Part shown: piece after piece, positions 17,691 through 27,600 of the stretch
Layout of the letters: each line of letters opens with the position of its first letter
Numbering within the stretch: position 1 is the stretch's first letter
Origin: a virus
Strand: one strand, 5' to 3'
DNA: 64,000 nucleotides
Virus record (IMG/VR): IMGVR_UViG_3300036985_006248
Coordinates: 1-64,000 of that record
The notes under the pieces: model-generated
The model's database searches: none
The model's input: the letters and a program-made list of their open reading frames with translations, nothing else
What the model was told of the DNA's origin: nothing
Translations under genes and position numbers: made by a program

Positions 17691-20681
17691 TTACTTTCTC
17701 CCATTAATATTAGTTCTGACGCGGCTGAACGGGTTTACAACCGCCGTAGGTTTAATAGCTACTGGAATTCGAGGGCCACCAGCGGCAGTTCCTAATAGTC
17801 TAGCAGAGACAGCTTCTTTGTTAAGGTTTATGGCTTTGTTAGTGTTTATGGCTTTGTTATTGTTTATGGCGACACTATCAATCTTTTTGGTTTTTTTAAC
17901 AGCAGCTAGATTTTTTGTTCTAGAAATCGCTTCTTCAAAATTGGATTGTGGATCGGAGAAGAAGAAATATTGATCATAAATTGGCAACTTGATTTGATCC
18001 ATTCCTTCTATGCCATATGCTGGATTTTTATAGTTTCTCAATCTACAAAGATAAAAACTGTTTGATGACAAAGAAGCAATCTTTTGTTTTGTTAAAAGTA
18101 TCCAACGTTCGTCAAAGGTTGAACTGTCATATTCTAGAACTTCTACGGAGTGTAATGTGTTAAAAAGAAACTGAAACTTGGAATTGGTATCAAGAGACTT
18201 TTTGTAATCGTCTGCTGCATTTAATAATATGCATTTGTCATCCAGTAAAAGGTTGACATGCAGCGGCGCTGCTCGACGGTGGCGGGCGGGGGCAGTTGAT
18301 GATTCTTTATTATACGGTTCTTTCTTTATATCGTTGTTAGTGGTTGGTGTCTCGGCAAGCAAGTCTTTACGATTAATTATAGTATTGTTAGCGGTAACGG
18401 CTTTAAAGAACGTCTTCTTAACCAAGTCATATTGTTTGGACATAGCTAGCATTAAATGAGTCTCAACGACTTTATCATTTTTAATTGCTTCTGCTATTTG
18501 CTTTATTGGGCTATCATCGGGTAATACATTATAAGAATTTTTTATTGTAGAAGAAAAGAGCTTTGTTAAAACGTTTGCATTGGCAGATATATTATATTTT
18601 CTATTGCCTTTTACATCGTTTTTAGCACTAACCGGAGGCGGTAGAGGATGAGAAAAACCAAAGTTATTTGCATTCTTGATATCTATTTCTAATTCAACAA
18701 ACTCCATATTTGAAACAGCATCAGGGTTTGTATTGAGATTTTCTAATGATAGTATCTTATTCTTAGAAAAAATAGTATTCGGAGACAAATATGAATATTG
18801 GGTATCAGTGTACTCAGTTGAATCAATGTTTGGGTTATATGAATATCTATTCTGTTCAGAATTCACACGGGTACCGTATGTTAAAAAGTCTAATACACCT
18901 ATTCCACGATATTCTGTCATATCCATGAATTTATAACCAACTTTAATTGGGCTGGTGGTGTCGGCATAGTCGTTTACAAACCAGTGCTCTATCTTAAAGT
19001 TATTGTTTATGTTGTCGTGTATTGTTTTGTTTATTTGGGCTATTAACTTTTCATAAATTCTTATGAAATAAGAAATAGTCTCTGCACTTGCCGAAACAGG
19101 ATGCAGCATAGAAGAAATAGAAGCAGTCAACTCCTCACTACTCTTTTTTAATAAACCGAGAAGGCTTAAGGTGGATGTAAAATTAGCCGCTGCGTCACTA
19201 ATGATTTTTTCATCAAAATTTTCAATAAATCTCGTCGTGAAGGAGTTTTTTCTCGGGTCGTATGAGCCATTTGCGGAATATCCATATTTGTCTTCAGAAT
19301 TGATTTTTACTATCTTATTTGTCTCTTCCAAATAATTCTTTAATTTAGTAAGGTCGCTTAATAGTGTTATGACATGAGTACCTAAGAATTGATTGATACC
19401 ATCAATAATGGCGATTTCAACACCATATTGGTATAAGCCGCTCATACCTGCGAAGACATTTTTATCTGTTATGGCAAAGGTTCTTGTTTTTAAACTTGAA
19501 TTTGTGCTCAAAACTATTTCAGTGATTGTCCCATTTGTTTCTTCTACATCAGATACGGTATTATTACCTTTTGGCTCGCCGCTAGAGACTATATTGACCT
19601 TGGATTCATGTCTTGGTATAAACTTGTTTTTTACCGTGGTTGTCACAACACGACGCATGACTTTTATTGATGATATCTTACACTTATTTATAAATTCTTC
19701 TTTGATATCTGACTTGAAGAGAAGTTTTGCGTATACGCTATTATCTTCAAGGATTTGTTGATAGTCTAAACTAAAAACAAGTCCTAGGCTTTTATTGGAA
19801 TTTCTAGAAAAATATGCATTTGAAAAATATTTAGGACGTCCACTACCAACTTCTGATAAATCTTTTATTAAATTTTGAAATTCACTTGTATTACTGGAAA
19901 CATTTTGCGATTCTGCATATCTTTTAGCGTTTAATACATTGGTATAGGCATAGTTCGAATTTATTATGTTAGATAGATTATCTAAAAAAGCATTTTCTTT
20001 GAATACAGATTTCAGTAGGCGTAAATCTTGTACTGGGGGGGCGGGGTTCATTACCAACACATTATTTTCATAAAGTTTGTAGACATTCAATTTATCAAAA
20101 AGAATACGCTCATCTATAAATCTTTCTTCAATTTTTTGATCACTTATATATTGATTTTTATCGAAATAGAAGATAGCTCCAAGAGAAAGATAGTTTATGT
20201 TTGGTCTTGGCAGAAGAAATGTAGTGTTATAGACTAGTTCTATAGCATTGTTGTAGACGCTTATTCTATGAACTTCTTGATTATTTTTATCGCCAACAAA
20301 ATCAAGACTAGGAGTGAAGTCGTAGCTTAAAGCCCCGTATTTATTGATTACACCTTCAAGCTTTCTAATAACGTCCGATCCAGAACGTTCAACAGCAGAG
20401 CAAGAAGCCAACATAGCAGAGTTAGAAATTTCAAATATCTTGAGTTTTAGATATTTTTTAGCTTGTTCATTATTAAAAACCTTGAATTCAGGTTCTTCGG
20501 TCGCTGGGTCAGAGGCTAATCCATCTTTAATAGAATAAGTTATTTTTACAGAGTTGTCTGGGTTGTCAGACCCGTAACTATTAACTGTTACCGATTTTAA
20601 AAACTCGCCTGCTACTAACTCTTGAGGATAGAATCTTGCTTTAATCTTATTAATTTGGTCGTTGTTCAAGTTATAAAACAT
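17691..20681 (-). CDS. Large hypothetical structural-module protein
   Basis: 996-aa ORF abutting both neighbours. Confidence 0.65.
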   Translation of the reverse strand: MFYNLNNDQINKIKARFYPQELVAGEFLKSVTVNSYGSDNPDNSVKITYSIKDGLASDPATEEPEFKVFNNEQAKKYLKLKIFEISNSAMLASCSAVERSGSDVIRKLEGVINKYGALSYDFTPSLDFVGDKNNQEVHRISVYNNAIELVYNTTFLLPRPNINYLSLGAIFYFDKNQYISDQKIEERFIDERILFDKLNVYKLYENNVLVMNPAPPVQDLRLLKSVFKENAFLDNLSNIINSNYAYTNVLNAKRYAESQNVSSNTSEFQNLIKDLSEVGSGRPKYFSNAYFSRNSNKSLGLVFSLDYQQILEDNSVYAKLLFKSDIKEEFINKCKISSIKVMRRVVTTTVKNKFIPRHESKVNIVSSGEPKGNNTVSDVEETNGTITEIVLSTNSSLKTRTFAITDKNVFAGMSGLYQYGVEIAIIDGINQFLGTHVITLLSDLTKLKNYLEETNKIVKINSEDKYGYSANGSYDPRKNSFTTRFIENFDEKIISDAAANFTSTLSLLGLLKKSSEELTASISSMLHPVSASAETISYFIRIYEKLIAQINKTIHDNINNNFKIEHWFVNDYADTTSPIKVGYKFMDMTEYRGIGVLDFLTYGTRVNSEQNRYSYNPNIDSTEYTDTQYSYLSPNTIFSKNKILSLENLNTNPDAVSNMEFVELEIDIKNANNFGFSHPLPPPVSAKNDVKGNRKYNISANANVLTKLFSSTIKNSYNVLPDDSPIKQIAEAIKNDKVVETHLMLAMSKQYDLVKKTFFKAVTANNTIINRKDLLAETPTTNNDIKKEPYNKESSTAPARHRRAAPLHVNLLLDDKCILLNAADDYKKSLDTNSKFQFLFNTLHSVEVLEYDSSTFDERWILLTKQKIASLSSNSFYLCRLRNYKNPAYGIEGMDQIKLPIYDQYFFFSDPQSNFEEAISRTKNLAAVKKTKKIDSVAINNNKAINTNKAINLNKEAVSARLLGTAAGGPRIPVAIKPTAVVNPFSRVRTNINGRK
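17817..17870. repeat. 18-bp tandem repeat (~3 copies; AINNNK/AINTNK/AINLNK)
   Basis: gtttatggctttgtta unit repeated at 18-bp spacing. Confidence 0.75.
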
Positions 20682-21628
20682 TAGCAGTCTACTCCAAATG
20701 GACCGGTCTTTAGACCAGTGCGGTATGCAAGGCCACCAGCGGAAGACTTTTGTTCTGGCGGGAGTTCGATTTCATCGTCAATGGTCATTTCAAAAAAATA
20801 CTCTACAAATGTGTTGTCTTCTTGAATTTCAAAAGTCATTGGCTCGTCTAATAATATACCGTCCAAAATAGCTATTGGATCTTTCTTAAAGTTTAATTGT
20901 CTTAAAGAGGTTTTTGTTTTATCGGTGCCTGCAACTACTATTTCTTCTTCAATAAACACTTCTATATCAAAATTTTTGTTTATGTCGTCAACATTCAATT
21001 CTTTCAAATCTAAAACAATGGGTTGGTCTTTCATTGAATAGTAATATTCATTGCTTCCGGTATTGTAGAGATAAATTGTACTATAATTTTCCACTACTTC
21101 GTTATTGTTTTTAGATAATTTTATATCGTAAGAACTATCTTTTAAGTTAATTTGTGGATACTTTAGATACGGTTGTAAGATTTCTATATTTCCGTCCGCA
21201 TTGTCAATAAATTGTTCCACATTCAATATATTACCGTTTAATAATGAAAAAGACCAAGCTGGGGCATAATCTGAAGTTACAGATGAGTTAGCTAGCGGTT
21301 GAGAAAGGGCATAATTCTTATCGGCACTTATCTGTGATTCTTCTTGCTTTAGTTTATTGATTTCAGATGAAAGCAACGTATTCATCTTTACGCTATTTTG
21401 CACACTGGTGTGCGTTGTTTGGGGCTTAAGGGACAACGTTTCATCTAGTATTCTTGTTTGAATGCTATTTTGTGTCTCTGTTAAACCAGCACATTCACCA
21501 TCATAGATTATGTCATCGTCAAAAAACGCATAATAGGCAGGCTTGAACTTACCACGGGATATTAAATATCTCCCATAAGTCGTTAATTCAACTTTAAGTA
21601 TCTCCTGCTTATCATCAAAAAACGACAT
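20681..21628 (-). CDS. Baseplate/tail structural protein
   Basis: MSFFDDK.E...ELT.YGR..IS.G.F...YYAFFDDDIIY; related to 14721..15653. Confidence 0.6.
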   Translation of the reverse strand: MSFFDDKQEILKVELTTYGRYLISRGKFKPAYYAFFDDDIIYDGECAGLTETQNSIQTRILDETLSLKPQTTHTSVQNSVKMNTLLSSEINKLKQEESQISADKNYALSQPLANSSVTSDYAPAWSFSLLNGNILNVEQFIDNADGNIEILQPYLKYPQINLKDSSYDIKLSKNNNEVVENYSTIYLYNTGSNEYYYSMKDQPIVLDLKELNVDDINKNFDIEVFIEEEIVVAGTDKTKTSLRQLNFKKDPIAILDGILLDEPMTFEIQEDNTFVEYFFEMTIDDEIELPPEQKSSAGGLAYRTGLKTGPFGVDC

Positions 21629-24600
21629 TATTTATTGGATCCCGATGTTTGAACTTCCAAGCTTGCTTCAATATTAACTAGTTCTACAAGCGAAAAATAA
21701 TCGTAGGGCCAATTATAAGAATATACTAAATCTTCCGATTGACCTTCTTTAAATTCAAAACGTTCATCACGTCCAGTAACTAAACTATCGTATGAATAAG
21801 CAGCACGCTTCTTCACTTTAAATACCTTCCATTGGATATCATCTGGTAGGTCTTTTCCGTGGAAGAATTCATCTCTATTTAATTCATGCTCTAGTTCTAC
21901 TGAATCTTTGCTAACACGCATTGCAGAGCGTGGCATAACACCTTGCCAAATGTCGGCTAATTCATCGCCTAATAAATCTTGTTTGAATTCAAAGATATAC
22001 ATAGCAAAAGGTTCAATTTCTCTGTTATAAATCCAATCAAGGTGTGGAGGTATGACGTATTCTGTCATGGTCTTCATAGTCTTGAGAATAGAATTACCGG
22101 ATCTAATGTTAGAAAGTGATTTCTTAATGTTGCTATAGGATATTTTCTTATCTTTAAAATCAATATCGATTTGATTATTCTTTAAGTTTTCATTAATAAT
22201 TAATGGGTCAACTCTAAAATAATATGGACCGTTTGTAGAAGAAGCAGTTGTTTTACCGTTTTCTCCTAATACTTCTTTAATGGTTAAAGCAGACTTGGTG
22301 TCTACCTTATCAGATCTGCCTATTTTATGATTCTTCTTTTTAGTAAAAGGAATCATAACAATCGCTTCGCTAATCTCTTTTTTACCTGCGATTTGTCCTA
22401 CGTACCTGCTCTCCACATTGAAACCACATAATGAAGCCAAATCTTCGGTCGTAGAGGTTTTATCACCCGGCATTATGCCAAGTGAGATACCTGAATTAGA
22501 ACCTGTTTGTGCATAACCACTCCACAAGCCGGTAAAGCCAAATTCAGTAGTAGAGCCCGTGATCATGAGCCCACCAGTAACCGCAGAAGAAGTTGTTATG
22601 TTACGAATCAAGAAATTTTTATTTGCGTCAGTATTAAAATTAAGCATTGGAGTTTCGAATTTTGTTTGTATTCTCCAATGATTCGCAGAAACATCATTCG
22701 TATTTGTAATATCTAACAATTCACCTTTTTGGCTATATCTTGTTTGATTATTTGGAACTATAATATCGTAGCGAAGACTAGAAGATAGTGGCATTCTATT
22801 CTTATATGCTGTAGTAGTATGGATAGTGTTAACTGATGCCGACCCGCCCAGATTATTTACTGAAGCAGAAAAATAATCAGCCATTTCGCTATTAGCAGAA
22901 TCACAAGTGGCGGTTATAGAATTAATAATTTCTTGATATGAATTATAAGTTTCACTTTGAGCAGTAAAAGATAATTTCATATGTTGTGGACCGTAATAAT
23001 AAGGTGGGGCATACGGAGCATATGCAGGAGCATCATAAGCTTTCTGCCCTTCGCCAGATTCTGACGCGGTAGAATGGTTGAAGAATTGGGTTGGAGGGCC
23101 AAATGTCGAAGCAGCAGAAATTTTTTGTGATCGGTCACCATAAAGATACATCTCAGAATAAATATAGCTTGGGATGTCAGTGTCCAAAATCATTTTAAAA
23201 TCTTTTTGTTTTTCAATTTTTACAAACATTTCATAACTTTTACCGGGCGTAAAGCTAATTTCTTTTATTGGTTTTGTGCTTGTAAAGTTTGTTAAAGACT
23301 GGTTTTGCAAAAAGAATTTTGGTGTTTCTGCTAGGAAATTATTTATAGCCAACTGATATCTGCTATCGGCAAATTTTCTTGTTTGATTCGTATTAGAGTT
23401 TTTATTTTCAAAACTAAACTGCGGGTTGTATCTTAAAGAAGAAGAAGGATGACCATTGTTAGGCAAAGTTCCACTAAAGCTCTCTACAGATACTCTAGTA
23501 GGATCCAAATAATATAATGTATTATTTGGTGTATATCCTCGTAAGTCAAGTAACGATTCAAACGGAACTCTAAACAAATTTTCTTCTTTTAATGTAAATA
23601 TTTTTTCAGCATAAGAAGAAGTATCAAACGAACTAGTCGAATAAAAGAACGGTATGCCAGTTTCCGCGCCGAGCACCATGGGAGCGTATGAAGGTCCACG
23701 TTTATATGTTGTGTCAAAGAAGTCTATATCGCTGCTGGCAGTATATATTGCAGGCCAATCCATAGCAATACCAGCTTTTATTGTATTAAATAAAATACCG
23801 GGAGCAAAATAGGGCTGCATCAATGTTTGCATTTGTTGTATTAACGGTGTACCAAGAACCGGAAGATCAGAAAACCCGATAGTATTGTAAGTTGGGTATC
23901 CATTTACAACATCATTCATAGAAATATTCCAAAAGGATTTTTGAAACAAACCAGCTAATTGTGCAGTTCTTTCTTGTGGATAAAAGCCCTTATATGGAAG
24001 TAATTTTTTAACTCCATTGATAGCTAACTTAATTTTTTTTGTTCCTTGATAATCTTTAAAAACAAAATTATTTATTTTATTTGTAATATTATATGCATTG
24101 TCGATGGAGTTTGTTTGGATGTCTGAACCTATAAGAGAAATATAATTTTGTGGTGGTAGACCCTTTAAATCGCCATCTTTTTCTTTTAAATAATAGTCAC
24201 TTTTTTCACTAAAATTATATTCTGGCAAAATGGTATGGTCAATAGAAAGTGGTCTTAATTGTTCAAAAAAGTCATCATAAGAATCATACCATGGGTTTTT
24301 TCCAGCCAAGGCTGGAACTTTAAATGGCATACCAAGATTAACAAAATATTGAAGTCTTACAGCTAGACCAAAAAAGTCGAGGATAGACGTACTTGGATAA
24401 TGAATTTTATTAGTGTATGAAATATTAGGTCTAACAAAATTATATGCTGTTGAATATCTAAAGTTTTCTTGTGTATATGTTCGCCCCGAAGCGGCGGTTA
24501 CCGGTTGATAAAAATAGGTTCCAGAGGGCAAAGTCAAAAATTGTCTTGCATCCACCTCATCCATTCCTGTTAAATCACCACATGTAGCTAAAAAAATATT

Positions 24601-27600
24601 ATTTATGAGCGTTGTATCAATTTCGCCTGCCCCATCAAGTATTATGCTAGCTGTGGAAAAAAGGTGAGTATCATTGTCGGATGAGAATTTTGAATCATAA
24701 ACGTTATTAAATCGCTTGTTAATTAAGATAGCTCCATGCAGACCACCCACCCACGCATTCCGTATAACTCCACTAAAACTAGATTCAGTTGTTGATGCGC
24801 TCAACTGAGCAATGTTTAGCACGTTCAAGGAGCCGGTTTTTGAAACCGCATCGAAAGCGTTTGTTCTGCGTCTGTTGTTTATATCATCGCGCCAGAAGCT
24901 TCTTATTTCACCTGAGTTTCTATCATACCCGTTTGAGCCAGTACCAGCCACTTCTGCATAGTTTGGCTTTTGACGTGTCTCTTTCATGCCAGTGTTAACC
25001 TTGGTAGGGAAGATTTGCGCGCTATAGGTAATTTTTGATACATGTGGTTTTGGTTCATATACCGCGTCGTCTTCAAGAGTCTTCAAAACATCATAAACTT
25101 GAAGTTCGGTACGTGTATTTATGCCAGTGCGGTTTGTCAAACCGTCGTTAACAAAGCGACCTTTATTATTGTCGTAAGTAGAGACAAGTTCAATAGGCTC
25201 ACTAGAACCTGACATTTCAACTGTTTGTTCCATTGGCTTATTGTAGGAAACGGGTGGTTCACGATAGGCAGTAAAAGTAGCTTCTCTAGCCGGGACATAT
25301 GTTTCTAATGCTGTCTGTCCTTCTACCTCTCTCGTCTTTTGTTTTGGTTTATCTTGAACTAGAATGTTGTTGTTTTTTCTTGACAAGATTGCTAATGGAT
25401 TTTCATTATTTCTAATTTGTTTCCAAGTCGGCCACTGGTAAGGACCGTTCAAGGAAGTGATGAAAAAGTGAGTATAGAAGGGACTATAAAGTGCTGCTTC
25501 AAACGCAGGACCAGCAGGACCGCCAAAATTTGGTATTACTTTGTGAATTGTGTTTGAAGAAGTATCATAAGTTTTATCATTAAGAATTTCATTAGTTGGT
25601 AATATATTACCAAATGGCACAGTTACGGTAGAACCAAGAAATCTATAATTTAAAATAGGGAATGAAGTACCAAAAAAATCAGAAGCACTAAGAAATTGAT
25701 ACTCAGTTGTTAAATTATCCCACTCATTGATGAACGCGCTTGAGCTTGGCTTAACTTGCAAAGAAGCCGTAATCCAAGTATACTGAGCGTCGCTTTGAGG
25801 AATCTGATGAACAACGAATCCGTTATCATAATCGGCTGAAACTTGACTGCTGGTTGCATCAACAGGTGAATAAGATGGATTCTTATTAATCTTATGGAAG
25901 GATGGATTCTCTGAATCGATACTTGAAGTCTCGCCCATCCAAAGATTTAAGTTTTTACGTACCCTTGAATTGCGATGATTTAATGAGTTGTAAGCGGAAT
26001 ATTCTTCTGCTTCTGCATCTAAATATCCACGGCTATTAACTTCTGGGCCACCGGGGGCACTAAATCTTTCAACTATTATATTCTTGTTTACTTTTCTTAC
26101 TGGTAGTGTTCTATCAGCAATACCCAAAACAGTATTAATACTTGTGGTACCAGACACATTTCCCTCTAGCTCAACAAATGATTTGTTGTTTGTTGTTCTG
26201 CCAGACATCATCACTTTTTCGTATGCGTGTTGGGAATAGCCTCCCTTGCTATACTTTTTGTATGGAGGTATGATTTGGCTATCCAAAACAGAGGCAGTGG
26301 TTGCTGTTGCAAAAACGGGAATAGAATCTTCTATGATAAGCTCTCGGTTGGTTGAGAGTTTGTATGTCTTGGAAAATAATCTGGTTATATCCTTGTGACC
26401 GTCATAAACGGTCCCGCTATCCATTTCATAGAGTTTGGGAAGAGAATCTATGTTGCGTTCATTAATAACTTGGCGTAATATTTCTCTATCAACGTCATTT
26501 TGTGGTTCTAAAGTGGTATTAACGGGCTCTTCAGAGCGTATAGCTCTTTGCTTTAACCATTGTGGGTTAAAGGTATAATATCTACTAACCTTCACTGGAG
26601 AATTTAAGTTATTATTATATGCCGCCTGTTCTGCGTAATTGTATTCCAAATGCGATACAATTGGATAAGATTTTGGTTGTCCCTTTATCTCGATAGATGG
26701 TAGTTTGTTTTCATACTTACTACGTTCCAGCATATGGCTTTCAACCATATTACGAACCTTATCAGAAGAATTGGCAGAAGCTGGAATAAGTTGATTAATC
26801 ATCATTGAAAGTGAGCTATCGATCCACTTATAAAATTCAAAGAACTTTTCAAAGCTTAGACTATTATTGACACGACTAAAGAATAGCTCACGTAAATGCG
26901 CCAACTCAGAGTATTCTTGTTTATATCTTTGAGCAGGTTCGCCAATTAAATTGTTGTATGACTTGATGGTTGCGAACCAATTCATTATCTCATCGTTAAC
27001 AACTTGAGCCATGCTCTTTTCTATAGAGATGTAATAACTTACGGCGCGACTGTCCTTTGTGCGCGTAACATCATCTGAATCAACAACCTGTACTAAATCG
27101 TTGCCATTCAAAGTTTCTGGATTTTGTTTTTTAGCAGAGAATACATACTCTTTATTTACGACTTGAGTATCGTCAGCAAGGAATTCATCGGCAAATCCCG
27201 GCATTTGATAACGAATGATATTATTCAGCCATTGTAATCCATAGATATTAGCTGATTCTACTGAGCCGGAAGACGCATCCTCTACTATAAATTGTCCGCT
27301 ACCATCTGAAGATGTTACATTGAAGAAATTCCAATGCAAGGCTAGAGTATCTATTCTTGTTAAAGGAATACTAGAACTGTTTTGTAAGCTGGCAAAGAAA
27401 GCAGGAGGCCAGTTTGGTTGTTGTCTTCCGATATTGTTTGCTTCAAAAGAATGAGCGATTAGTTCTTCGTCATTCAAATAATCTAACCAAAAACGGACAG
27501 AGCCTATTTTAACATCGGTACGATGCTCTAGTGAGACATTATTAAAATCAGTATAATGAGCGCCTGCATATATACGCTTATTAGACTTTAGTGCCTCAAG

